From Histomonas meleagridis 2922-C6/04-290x (taxonomy: Eukaryota > Protista > Parabasalia): a DNA stretch of 64,000 nt. Position 1 is the first letter of the stretch. Every line of letters begins with the position of its first letter. The stretch is from assembly GCA_020184695.1 (NCBI GenBank), contig JAANOX010000087.1, positions 186,001-250,000 of the forward strand, in the 5' to 3' direction. This document shows positions 1-10,695 of the stretch, one piece after another. The notes beneath the pieces were generated by a model. The model was not told where the DNA came from. It was given only the letters and a program-made list of their open reading frames with translations, and did not search any database. Position numbers and translations under genes: made by a program.

Positions 1-51
1 CTTGACTTTTTCTGATATTTCTTGAAATTGTTCGAGGATTTCCTTGCTCAT
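1..51 (-). CDS. Possible 5' end of a gene running off the left edge (MSKEILEQFQENIRKSQ...)
   Basis: ATG at 51 with an open frame to the edge; AAACGGTTT/GCGGTTTT motifs just upstream. Only 17 codons are visible. Confidence 0.3.
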   Translation of the reverse strand, partial: MSKEILEQFQEISEKVK

Positions 52-441
52 TTGCTTGGCATGTCAAAACCGCTCATCGGCCTGAGAAACCGTTTATTAT
101 GCTTCATTACAATTTTTTCTGCTTCATAATGAAATTTTCTATTTTTTAATAGGTGGATTTATAAAACTAACAGTATAGTTGGCGGTGAATGTGCATCTAA
201 CCACAAGAACAACATTATATCCAATTTCATTAAATAATATTTAAGCAATTGCTTTATGATAATGCTAAAGATTAATTTGATTTTAAAATTTGTTGTCAAA
301 AAAGCACAATTTCGAAATTAAGTCGCTAGAGATTTACCAAGAATGAGAAAACGCAATTTGTTTAAACAAATTTATATTGATTGACATTAAATAAATCATT
401 ACTTATATTTAGGAATAATTTATAGACATGTAAACATAAAT

Positions 442-2073
442 TTATTGTTCGAATTTAGCCAAGTTGAACACGAGAGGTGCGCCTTGTTGTGTAATTGATT
501 CTATTTTGACCACTCCATTTCTTACAGTGCACAAAGCTATGTTTGGCTCGAATTCATTCTGTATACATGTGTCCAAACACTTAATGAAGAGATGTCCCGT
601 TCGTATGATGAGAAGTGCCTTATCCAAATTTATAGGAAGAAGTTGGCCTGCTAATTCTCTAATTCCATCAGACCATTTCTTTTTGATTATAGTCTCCGCC
701 ATAACGCGTATCATCCTTCGATGCCCATGCATGTCACGTTTTGTGATTCCGATTTCAAGTGGAATGCGGACCCCTTTGTTTGCTCTTGAGTCCATTTCTC
801 GAGCAAAGCCAATTTCAGATAGAATCATTGCACCGGTGCAAAGTGATGTACAATACGAAAAAGTGGCAGGAAACGGTTCGCTGTTTGGCGGCTTTCTCAA
901 ATCGACAATGATCTTACTGACGACCTCCTTGAGTGCATTAAATTCACTAAGATCACGACCTTCAATGAGTTCACAATAGACATTAACGAGTTCGTCTAAA
1001 AGATAGGCGAGTGATGCATCATAAACTATTGGTTTTGAACCAATTTCCGAAAATTCAGTGATCTCTTTCTTGAAATGTGCAAAAGTCATATATTTGGCAC
1101 GCTGGGCTGGAAGAACTTTCTCTAAATTCATTGACCACCTTGACATCATTTGGAGTTTTTCTTTCCTGAGTTGAATAGCTCTTTCTATGAGACGATTGAC
1201 GATTATGGGATGAACTAAATTTGGATTTTGTGAGTATGTTTCGAGAATTAATGTACCACCATTCCCATAAATAGCACACATCTCTAACTGTATCATCGGT
1301 GAAGAAAACGCCGTGCTATCTGCCCCATTTGTCATAAAATATCGAAGTGCATTTGAATTTCTTACAATTTCTATGTCAAGCATGCAATGGCGGTCTTCTA
1401 TTTCTTCGAGAGATTCATTAACTTGAGGTATTATAGCGGTATGTTTCCGAGAATCATCGCTTTGATATTCGCATGCTATCCAATCGTAATTGCATACACT
1501 TCCATCGTTTTTGGACTGCCCCGTTTTCAGCGGTTTCCCAATAGGGTACTCCAATTTTGTGTAGCTTCCTTCTCGTGAATTTGTTTTCCAACCAATAGTA
1601 ATAGGTATGTTTAAAGGATCAAAAATTAATCCAGGAAATTTAGCAGATGAGTATTGTAGTAGTTGACAAAATTTTCTGAGATCATCTGGTTGATATCTTA
1701 GAATTAATGGTATAAATTCATCCATTCGATTTGGAATACCACGTAATCTTAAAAATTCAAAAATCCATTCAAATTCTACAAGATCTTGTTTTGGAGAATC
1801 ATTAGTTGGTGGATCAGGAAATTTAATTCTAGATGGTATCATAAAGTTAGTAATTCTAGATGCAACAGGATTATTGGAGGAATGAATTTTATTATTTAAA
1901 TTTATATTTTGCTTTTTAAAGCTTTTGAATAATTGATGAATAGGATAATTAGAATTTAATATTTTTGTAGCATCATTTTTTGTAATTTTTTGATTGAAAT
2001 GAGAATACATATCTTGAAGTAAATTATAACAATATTGATGATATTTTGAATGATTAATAATTTCTTGGTTCAT
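442..2073 (-). CDS. Conserved-looking hypothetical protein (~540 aa)
   Basis: Long ORF; the track starts at TTG 2136 and the first ATG is at 2073. No motif recognised. Confidence 0.7.
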   Translation of the reverse strand: MNQEIINHSKYHQYCYNLLQDMYSHFNQKITKNDATKILNSNYPIHQLFKSFKKQNINLNNKIHSSNNPVASRITNFMIPSRIKFPDPPTNDSPKQDLVEFEWIFEFLRLRGIPNRMDEFIPLILRYQPDDLRKFCQLLQYSSAKFPGLIFDPLNIPITIGWKTNSREGSYTKLEYPIGKPLKTGQSKNDGSVCNYDWIACEYQSDDSRKHTAIIPQVNESLEEIEDRHCMLDIEIVRNSNALRYFMTNGADSTAFSSPMIQLEMCAIYGNGGTLILETYSQNPNLVHPIIVNRLIERAIQLRKEKLQMMSRWSMNLEKVLPAQRAKYMTFAHFKKEITEFSEIGSKPIVYDASLAYLLDELVNVYCELIEGRDLSEFNALKEVVSKIIVDLRKPPNSEPFPATFSYCTSLCTGAMILSEIGFAREMDSRANKGVRIPLEIGITKRDMHGHRRMIRVMAETIIKKKWSDGIRELAGQLLPINLDKALLIIRTGHLFIKCLDTCIQNEFEPNIALCTVRNGVVKIESITQQGAPLVFNLAKFEQ

Positions 2074-2160
2074 GTTGTTTGACACTTTTTTGCAATCATA
2101 ACGGTCGCTATGGAATAATCGACCAAAGATTGTCAATAGTTATTGACGGATAATAAAACA

Positions 2161-2937
2161 ATGGATGATCTATCTCCACTTCTTCAGCACGAAAATAACT
2201 TCACATTCAAAATTGTGTCAATTATCTATAGTGCTCTTATAGTTGTATTCTCAATCTTTACATTATTTTTTTCAGATCTCAATATTTTATCGAAAAAATC
2301 TTTTCATTTAATTTTTCCTTTCTTTACCAACATTTTTGTTGAAAATGATTTCCCTATGTTTGCTGTTAGTACTGTTTTAACATTTCTATTATTCAATATT
2401 TTATTACAAAGTTGGGAACTTAAAACAATTATTCTTTATTCTTACATAGTTTCTTTTTTATGCAACACGGTTATTTTCTTCATACTTTTTTTGTTTAGTC
2501 CAAGCATATGTCAAGTTAATGGTGCTCTTTCTCTTCTTGTATCTCTTTCATTTGCGACCGTTTATGCATTCAATCAAAAACTGAAAATATTTGGGAACTT
2601 TACAGCGCAGCCGATACACATTTTCTATGCTGTTGGAATTTGGGTAATTTTATGTATTCGAAGATATATTGGAACAATGCTTTCAGGTGTTCTTTCTTTT
2701 GTTGTTTCTTATGTTTTCTTGAGCAAACTCCAAAAATTCTTTGGCTTCCCACGAAATGAAAATTTCACATTGAAGATGTTATATCAAATTCATAAAGAAG
2801 ATGATGAAGAAATACTTCAACAGCCATCAATTATAGATTCTTTGGGATTGGCACAAAATCAAAATCTATCTGAAGCTGAACAGAACAGAAGACTTAGAGC
2901 ATTACGTGCAATAGAAGAAAGACTTGAATCGATTTAA
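2161..2937 (+). CDS. TMEM115/DUF1751-like multi-pass membrane protein
   Basis: Several hydrophobic segments; the C-terminal AEQNRRLRALRAIEERL resembles the TMEM115 tail. First ATG at 2161. Confidence 0.6.
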   Translation: MDDLSPLLQHENNFTFKIVSIIYSALIVVFSIFTLFFSDLNILSKKSFHLIFPFFTNIFVENDFPMFAVSTVLTFLLFNILLQSWELKTIILYSYIVSFLCNTVIFFILFLFSPSICQVNGALSLLVSLSFATVYAFNQKLKIFGNFTAQPIHIFYAVGIWVILCIRRYIGTMLSGVLSFVVSYVFLSKLQKFFGFPRNENFTLKMLYQIHKEDDEEILQQPSIIDSLGLAQNQNLSEAEQNRRLRALRAIEERLESI

Positions 2938-3068
2938 TATGAATTTTATTATTAAATAAAAAATTTTTGTGTTAAGAAATTAAATTAATAAAAAAAATAA
3001 ATTTTTCTTTATTCTATTTATAAAAATGAAAATATGAAAATATTTTTTGCATTTTTTATTTTTAGCTG

Positions 3069-3541
3069 ATGATATTTTACCTTATTGGACCTAATGAATC
3101 AGATAGGAATATATTTAATACAGCACTTATTCTTGAAACTTCAAAAGGTTATATAGAAATTGTTAAATTACTTCTTGAACAAAAAGGAATTGATATTAAT
3201 GCTAAAAATATAATTTATTTTAATAATTTGATGTTTCAAAATAATATTTGGAATTTATTTATGACAGCATTTATTATAGCATCTTGGAATAATAATACAA
3301 AAATAGTTAAAATACTTCTTGAACAGGAAGGAATTGATATTAATGCCAAAGATATATATTTGTTTTATTTGATATTTTTCTTAAAATTTTGATGTTTTTT
3401 AAAAGTTTTTGGAAATTAATTAATTTATTTGAAGCACATATTATTGCAGCTAAACATGGTTTTGCTGAAATATGTGAATTTCTAAATATAGAAGTAAATG
3501 ACAACAAAAATAAAAAAATTGTATACAATTATGTTAATTGA
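3069..3541 (+). other. Orphan cluster of three ankyrin cassettes with spacers and no DUF3447 head
   Basis: TALILETSKGYIEIVKLLLEQKGIDINAKN, a 54-nt in-frame spacer, TAFIIASW...NAKD, a frame-breaking spacer, then a terminal repeat ending in TGA at 3539-3541. Confidence 0.7.
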
Positions 3542-3557
3542 TGAAGCTTCACTGTTA

Positions 3558-3583
<26 letters not shown>
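3558..3583. repeat. (AT)n microsatellite
   Basis: Direct reading of the sequence. Confidence 0.9.
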
Positions 3584-3588
<5 letters not shown>

Positions 3589-4340
3589 GCAATTTTTAAA
3601 TAAATTATCTTTATTTAAAACAATAGTTTATCTATATGGATTATATCATCCTTTGTGGGAAGAAACTCAAGAAAACCACAAACCAGCTAATACCTTTCTT
3701 GTATTTAATGCTGCTTTTTAGCATTAACCAAGCAATTATTTGTTTTGATGCACAAAACGTATTCGTAAAAGAATGGGATGTATATGAAGGAACATCTCGT
3801 GAAATTCTTTATTCTTTTGAATTTCATTAAACAATTTCCATATGGAAAAGTAACGAAAAGCAAAAATTAATTTCGACAAGAAGACTAACTCATGTTTTGG
3901 ACAATTTGAAATTTCATATACTTCTGAGAATTCTGGAAATTTCATTACAAAAACCAACCAGTTTTTCTTTTGCAACAGATGATTTTTCACAATACTCAAC
4001 TAATTTTTTTATATTCCAATTACATTTTCAAAGTTATTTTTATTTCAGAAAAAATTTTTGAAACAACAGTAAGCGACGTGAAAAATGAGTCTGCAGATTG
4101 TTGAATTTGCTTCTGAACCAATTGAGGAAACAAAGATTGATCCACTATTTGATAAAATGCGTAACAAGATGTTAACAATATGGATAAAGGGTATTATAAG
4201 GTAATTCAAATGTATTAATGCGGAAAATAGTTTTCATGAAAGTGAAATTATTTAATTAAAAAAAGCTCCTTTAAATGCAAAGTCAAACACATTTATTACA
4301 GAAAATTTGGGTTTTGGCCGAATCAACAAATCTAAGTATT

Positions 4341-4838
4341 TCAGTTTTCAGAGCTATCTTCCTCTTCTATTGCCAGGATTTCCATTTCTCTGGATTCTTT
4401 ATAAAGTGGTGGTACAGGTTTTCCCTGAGTATAAAAATCTTCCCATTGTTGTACTCTCAGCATTACTTGTTCATCTGTTACTTCGGCAATCTTCATTGAC
4501 ATTCCCATTTTTTGGTTATGCTCAGGAGAGTTAAGGTGTCTGAGGTAAACTGTAGAGTTTCGAAAATATAACTGACAAATTGGACATGAAAATTGACCTA
4601 TTTTAGAAATTGGTACATTTTCACCAATCATTTTTACTTTATTAATTCCTTTGTTAACATCAACAAATGTAACGTGTGGTGCTAAACTTGAAAGTTGATC
4701 TGGATCAACTTTTTTTACTGCTAATGCTTCACGTTCTTTCTTTTCTGCTGCTTCTTTTCTTTTTCTTTCAACAAATCTTCTTTGAAATTCTTCTTCATCC
4801 CATTCATATCTTCCATATTCATCTCTTCTTACAGACAT
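4341..4838 (-). CDS. ZMAT2: Matrin-type zinc finger protein, ZMAT2/Snu23-like spliceosomal factor
   Basis: N-terminal R..WD.EEF motif; FSCPICQLYFRNSTVYLRHLNSPEHNQKMG C2H2 finger; coiled-coil. Confidence 0.7.
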   Translation of the reverse strand: MSVRRDEYGRYEWDEEEFQRRFVERKRKEAAEKKEREALAVKKVDPDQLSSLAPHVTFVDVNKGINKVKMIGENVPISKIGQFSCPICQLYFRNSTVYLRHLNSPEHNQKMGMSMKIAEVTDEQVMLRVQQWEDFYTQGKPVPPLYKESREMEILAIEEEDSSEN

Positions 4839-4990
4839 TTAATTTTAAAAAGAAACGAGGGGAAAAACCGAAACAAAGCCGTTCAAAATCATTTCATCGA
4901 CACAAATAAAAGTACTGAATTTTGGAACAATTTGTGAGAAAATATAAGCAAAATTTCAAAGAGGCCGGCCAAAGCTTTTATTTAACTTTT

Positions 4991-7900
4991 ATGCCTGCAA
5001 AAGGAAAGGCTGCAGAACAGCAGAAAGTTAACATAACATCATTTGCAAATGATGAAGTATTGAAAGCACGTGTTGCTACTCTTGCTCCAATTGAAAAGGA
5101 AGTTCATGAAAACTGGGAAAAGAATCATACATTTGAAGTTGATGCTCCAGTTGAACCAGTTGACCATTCCAAAAAATTCTTTGTTACATTCCCATTCCCA
5201 TATATGAATGGTCGTATCCATCTTGGACATCTTTACTCATTTTCAAAATGTGAATTTGCAGTTCGTTATAACCGTATGAAGGGCAAATACTCATTACTTC
5301 CATTTGGTTTCCATTGCACAGGTATGCCAATTAAAGCCTCAGCAGATAAACTTGCTCTCGAAATTGATAATGGAATTATTGTAACAGGAACAACTGGCCG
5401 TGGTTCCAAAGCAAGTGCTAAAGCTGAACAAGGCGTCTCTCAATTTGACATTCTTCGTCATATGGGTGTTCCAGAAGAAGAGATTCCAGAATTCCGTGAT
5501 CCAATCAAATGGCTTAAGTATTTCCCACCTCTTGGTATGGAAGACCTTAAAGCTTACGGCTCAGCTGTTGACTGGCGTCGATCTTTCATCACCACTGAGT
5601 TCAATCCATACTTTGATCATTTTGTTACATGGCAATTCCGCATTCTCAAACGTCTTGGATTAGTTACATTTGGCAAACGCCCAACCATTTGCTCAATTAA
5701 GGATCAACAACCATGTATGGATCATGATCGTGCAAGTGGCGAAGGTGTTCAACCACAAGAATATACACTTATTAAGCTTCAGCTTGTTGATCCAAAGCAT
5801 ATTGATGAACGCTTTGGAGATTATCCCGTATTTCTATTAGCTGCGACATTACGTCCCGAAACAATGGTTGGCCAAACAAATTATTGGATCAAACCTGGCG
5901 TCAAATACGAAGTTGCACGATCCAAAGATGGCAAAGAATTATATGTTTGTGGAGCACGTTCATTACGTAACTTAGCAGCTCAAGAACTTGTTGAAAGTTT
6001 TGATCCATTATTTGAAATCGAAAGTGATAAATTCCTTTTAGCCGAATGCACACACAACACAATTGATCATAAAATCAAAGGATTACCACTTCCAGGAATT
6101 AAGATGAACAAAGGAACAGGCATTGTTACATGTGTACCATCTGATGCACCAGCAGACTATAAAGGAATCATTGATCTTCAAAAGAATGCTGAATTACGTA
6201 AGAAATATAATATCAATTTAGAAGATGTTGCTGACATTAAGCCAATCTTAATCATCACCACAAAGAAATATGGCGATTGTACAGCTAAGGCAGTTCTTGA
6301 TGAACTTAAAGATGTTAAAATGCCAATGGAAGAAAAACTTGAAGAAGCTAAACAACGTGCATATAAAGAAGGATTTTATCATGGCACAATGATATTAGGG
6401 CCATTTAAAGGACAAAAAGTTACGGAAGCTAAAGAAAAGGCTAAACTTAAAATGGTTGAAGAAAACGCAGCATTAACATATTATGAACCAGAAAAAGAAG
6501 TTATTTCACGTTCAGGTGATGAATGTGTTGTCATGAATTGTGATCAATGGTATATGGAATATGGCCGTGAAGATTGGAAGAAGAAACTTACTGATTACTT
6601 CGACAAAGTTAATGTATTCCATGATGAAATCCGTGAAAAGTTTAAGTCCACATTTGAATGGCTTGGGCCACATGCATGTTCACGTCAATTTGGATTAGGT
6701 ACACATATGCCATTTGCGCCCGAGTTCCTTATTGATTCATTAAGTGATTCCACTATTTATCCTGCGTATTATACAATTGCACATTTATTACAAGGATGTA
6801 TCACAGGTGCAATTCCAGGAATCGCTAAGTTAACGCCCGACAAAATTAATGATGAATTCTTTAATTGCGTCTTCTTAAATGGGCCATTACCTGAAGGAAT
6901 CCCCGAAGAAACAATGAAAGTATTCCGAAGAGAATTTGAGTTTTGGTATCCATGTGATGTCCGAGCATCTGGTAAAGATCTTGTACAAAACCATTTAACA
7001 ATGTATTTATATAATCATATTGCGATCTTTCCAGAAGATAAATGGCCATTAGGAATCCGAGTTAATGGACATGTTAAATTAAACAATGCGAAGATGTCAA
7101 AATCAACCGGAAACTTCTTAACAGCAGTTGAAGCAATTAACATGTTCTCTGTTACAGGTGTACGTATTGGATTAGCAGATGCATCAGATGGTAGTGATGA
7201 AGCTAACTTCGATGGCACTGTTGTTAAAAGCGCATTACTTAGATTACAATCATTTACTGAACTTGTTAAAAATCCACCAGAGAATATGCATGAAGGTATC
7301 CAAGGATTTGCGGATGAATTATTCGACGCAAGAATATCGAAGGCTATAATCGAAGCTAACAAAGCATACGAGAAGATGATGTTCAAGGCAGCACTTAAGT
7401 CATCATTCTTCGAGTTACAAAACTTTTGGACAGAATATTGTGGAATGTCAGAGACATCAATTAGCTCAACATTACGTCAACGTTACATTGAAACATTTTT
7501 ACTCTTATTAACACCAATCATTCCTGAATACACTGATTACATTTGGACTCATGTCCTCCAAAAGAAATCGGATATAGTTAACGAGAAATTCCCAGAACCT
7601 AATCCATTCAAACCAGATTTGTTCTACATGGAAAGGTTATTAAGGAAGACTGCTGATGTAATTAAGTTTAGAGTTAGAGCATTACGTAAAGCTAAAGGTT
7701 TGAATTCAGCTACAATATTTATAAGAACAAAGTTTAACGAAATTCAATTACATGTTTTGTCAATTTTGCGTAAGCATTTCAATGAAGAAGAAAATAAATT
7801 TAATGAAGAAGAACTTAATAAAGAAATTAGTGAAGACCAAAAATTAAATGAAATTAAGAAGTCAAGTAAAAATGGTGCACAACAATTCATGCCTTTCTTA

Positions 7901-8143
7901 CAGTTTTATAGAGCTTCTGTTCCTGAATTCGGAGCATTTTTGTTACAGGATACACCAGACGTAGATCAAAAGGAATTGTTCTTGTCAAACAAGAACTGGT
8001 TCTTGAGACAATTGCCGGGTTATAAGTCATTGGACGTAATAAACGTAGACGAGCCTTTCGAGGCGCCTGGCTTAGATCAAAAAATTGCTTTACAAGCACA
8101 AGTTTACATGCCTACAGCCGATCTTTGTTCAAAGCCAAACTAG
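4991..8143 (+). CDS. LARS: Cytosolic (eukaryote/archaeal-type) leucyl-tRNA synthetase
   Basis: FPFPYMNGRIHLGH (HIGH), FHCTGMPIKASADKL, ATLRPET, KMSKSTGNFLT. First ATG at 4991; the track starts at TTG 4922. Confidence 0.95.
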   Translation: MPAKGKAAEQQKVNITSFANDEVLKARVATLAPIEKEVHENWEKNHTFEVDAPVEPVDHSKKFFVTFPFPYMNGRIHLGHLYSFSKCEFAVRYNRMKGKYSLLPFGFHCTGMPIKASADKLALEIDNGIIVTGTTGRGSKASAKAEQGVSQFDILRHMGVPEEEIPEFRDPIKWLKYFPPLGMEDLKAYGSAVDWRRSFITTEFNPYFDHFVTWQFRILKRLGLVTFGKRPTICSIKDQQPCMDHDRASGEGVQPQEYTLIKLQLVDPKHIDERFGDYPVFLLAATLRPETMVGQTNYWIKPGVKYEVARSKDGKELYVCGARSLRNLAAQELVESFDPLFEIESDKFLLAECTHNTIDHKIKGLPLPGIKMNKGTGIVTCVPSDAPADYKGIIDLQKNAELRKKYNINLEDVADIKPILIITTKKYGDCTAKAVLDELKDVKMPMEEKLEEAKQRAYKEGFYHGTMILGPFKGQKVTEAKEKAKLKMVEENAALTYYEPEKEVISRSGDECVVMNCDQWYMEYGREDWKKKLTDYFDKVNVFHDEIREKFKSTFEWLGPHACSRQFGLGTHMPFAPEFLIDSLSDSTIYPAYYTIAHLLQGCITGAIPGIAKLTPDKINDEFFNCVFLNGPLPEGIPEETMKVFRREFEFWYPCDVRASGKDLVQNHLTMYLYNHIAIFPEDKWPLGIRVNGHVKLNNAKMSKSTGNFLTAVEAINMFSVTGVRIGLADASDGSDEANFDGTVVKSALLRLQSFTELVKNPPENMHEGIQGFADELFDARISKAIIEANKAYEKMMFKAALKSSFFELQNFWTEYCGMSETSISSTLRQRYIETFLLLLTPIIPEYTDYIWTHVLQKKSDIVNEKFPEPNPFKPDLFYMERLLRKTADVIKFRVRALRKAKGLNSATIFIRTKFNEIQLHVLSILRKHFNEEENKFNEEELNKEISEDQKLNEIKKSSKNGAQQFMPFLQFYRASVPEFGAFLLQDTPDVDQKELFLSNKNWFLRQLPGYKSLDVINVDEPFEAPGLDQKIALQAQVYMPTADLCSKPN

Positions 8144-8405
8144 AAATAATCAAATAAACAAAATCTAAACTAATAACGTTTTCATTTTTTGTAGCGAATT
8201 AATTCCTAAAAACGCATTGGGAACATTTGGAAAATGCTTTTGAAAAAAAAGGCGAATTCTGGTTTTACTTGTTGAATATTTTTTTTTTAAGATTTCGATC
8301 AAACAGAGCTCTGATGTGAGGTCATGTGATTTACTGAATAGTCAAAAATTCTTTGAAATATTTCTATAAGCATTTGATTTTTCTATAGGATGAATTTCTT
8401 TTTTC

Positions 8406-9053
8406 ATGCTAAAAGTTATAGGAATAAATGGAAGCCCAAGAAAAGGATGGAATACACACATGGTGGTAGAAAAGGCTCTTGAAGGTGCTCGTGATGCAGG
8501 CGCCATCACAAAGCTTTATCATATTTCTGATTTCAAGATTCAACCATGCTTAAGCTGTTTAACCTGTAAAAAAACTCCAGATTCCGCGGGGAAATGCGCA
8601 ATTAAGGATGATCTTACACCACTCCTCCAAGAAATAAAAACTGCAGATGCACTTGTTATTGGATCCCCAATATATTGGAGCCATATTTCATCTTATCTCC
8701 ATACTGCTCTCGAAAGAATGTGGTTCTCCAACTTGAGATACATGCCAGAACATTCTTCTCTTCCAAAACCAATTAAAACACTTATGATCTATACAATGAA
8801 CGTAACACCTGAATTATCAAAAGAATTTCATTATCCAAAATATTTTGATGAAATCAAGCGAATCAATGAATACATGTTTCGCGGAAAATCCGAAAGATTA
8901 TGTGTATATGATACTCAACAAGTTGACGATTACTCTAAATATGCGCTTACTGTGTTCGATGCTAAAGAAAAGGAAAGAAGGAGAAAAGAAGAATTTCCAA
9001 AGGATCTTGAAAAGGCTTTTCAACTTGGACGAGAATTAGTAACTAAAAATTAA
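8406..9053 (+). CDS. NADPH-dependent FMN reductase / iron-sulfur flavoprotein (Isf-like), bacterial type
   Basis: GINGSPRKGWNT, CLSCLTC...C cysteine cluster, ADALVIGSPIYW. Confidence 0.85.
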   Translation: MLKVIGINGSPRKGWNTHMVVEKALEGARDAGAITKLYHISDFKIQPCLSCLTCKKTPDSAGKCAIKDDLTPLLQEIKTADALVIGSPIYWSHISSYLHTALERMWFSNLRYMPEHSSLPKPIKTLMIYTMNVTPELSKEFHYPKYFDEIKRINEYMFRGKSERLCVYDTQQVDDYSKYALTVFDAKEKERRRKEEFPKDLEKAFQLGRELVTKN

Positions 9054-9139
9054 ATTTTCTTTTTTTTTTTAACAATTTGTGCAATATCTTTTAATATGAA
9101 ATAATATTTAAATTTTGTTTAAAATAAAAATAATGGTAA

Positions 9140-9579
9140 TCGTAATTGATACCAAATGTGACACTTGTGTAGGCGAAACGAAAATTTTATTACTCTTTAC
9201 CAATTCATACATTCCCACAATTAAATTTCACAGTTGTGGGCCAAATGTTTGCTCAACTGAACGAATCATATGTATTTTACATAAAACAATAATTGTTTCA
9301 GGCATTATTTCTCTTATAGCTAATTCCTGTGATTTTAATCTATCGACTATAATAACTTTTTGTAATCCATTTTTATCATGTCACTTCGATTTCTTTATTT
9401 TTGCAATTGATCTAACCAATCGATGTTCAAATCTTCTTGTTTGTACACATCCAACATGGAACAGATCTATCGGAATTGGAATTTATATTAAACTTTATCA
9501 TGCCGAATGGCGATGATATAGTCGATGTATCATATGAATGTGACGAGTCGCAATATGTAATGTGTATGTTATGAACCAT
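9140..9579 (-). mobile_element. Degenerate Mutator-like (MULE) transposase fragment
   Basis: The minus frame reads KVIIVDRLKSQELAIREIMPETIIVLCKIHMIRSV, matching the MULE pattern ii.Dr...ai..vfP...lC..H. Upstream TYCDSSHSY may be the first catalytic Asp. Internal stops are present. Confidence 0.6.
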
Positions 9580-9838
9580 TACCTTAGAAAAAAATGGAAG
9601 AAAAAGCTGAATTACTAAAAATATTGAATATTTTTTAAAATAGCATGATTAATTGTAATTGATCAAAAATTTTAAAAAATTGGATAAACAATGAGAAACT
9701 TTATCTAATGTAGATCAAGAATTTATGATATTCATAGAGTTTAAATAAACCCACCCACAAACCGAGTTGTAATGAATTTAGAAAAATTTAATATTTTATT
9801 GATTTTTTGAACTAAATATATTAGATATTTATTAATAT

Positions 9839-9861
9839 TATATATATATATATATATATAT
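9839..9861. repeat. (AT)n microsatellite
   Basis: Direct reading of the sequence. Confidence 0.9.
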
Positions 9862-10695
9862 TAGGTAACTTTAAGCTATAATATTATTCATTATTTGGAT
9901 CTTAATATTAGACAAATAAGGGAAAAATGTATTTTTCGCCGAGAAAAAACCGATAATTTTTCATTATTTATAAAAAGTTTATTTAACAAGATTAATACAA
10001 TAAATATTGTTGGTAATCAAATAATTTTATCCATTATTTACACAAGAAATCGTTAATTAAAAAAATGATGTTTAAAAAAGTGACAAAAAATATTTATTTT
10101 CAAGATTTATCCAAAATAAGACAGGTTCAAAAGATTAGCATAAATAAATTTAAATTATGTTATTAATTTGTAATTTGTTAAACTTGGAATAAATTTAATA
10201 TATTGATTATTGATCGAAATAAAAAAGGGTTAAATTTTTAACATTTTTTTTTTTTGATAACCTGTTATCTGCTTTGAATTTTTTATTATAATTTATATAC
10301 ATGATTAACATGAATAAATGCTTTATATTTTTATATGTTTGGGTATTCATACTTTTATCAAAATATAAAAAAAATCATTTTTATTAATAATTTATTTTAA
10401 ACGTACGGAACCAACTTAATTGAATTCACAGCTGTAAAGTAAATTGGAATTATTTTCATATCAAATCAATTTAATATATGTTAAAAAGTATCTCATCAAT
10501 TTTTATACTGAACAAATTTAATGTAAATGAAAATTTAATAAACTAATTTCCCGAAATTTGTTATTTTGCGATACTCAATTTTTATCTGGTTTATAGGAAT
10601 TAATTAAAGATTTACAACTCCCTGAAGGCATTCAAAAAGTGAACAGTAAACCAAATTTCTGTTTTTTTGTGTGGGTGCGCACTCGAAAAAAAAAA

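Noticed and set aside
464-979. Antisense and nested short ORFs in the track (this one and many others)
   Set aside because: They lie inside longer, motif-bearing ORFs on another frame or strand and have no features of their own.
3640-3830. Possible TBC/RabGAP fragment on the minus strand (RDVP...KYKKGISWFVVFL)
   Set aside because: The similarity is too weak to support without a profile search.
9115-9516. 133-aa plus-strand ORF
   Set aside because: It is the antisense shadow of the MULE relic.
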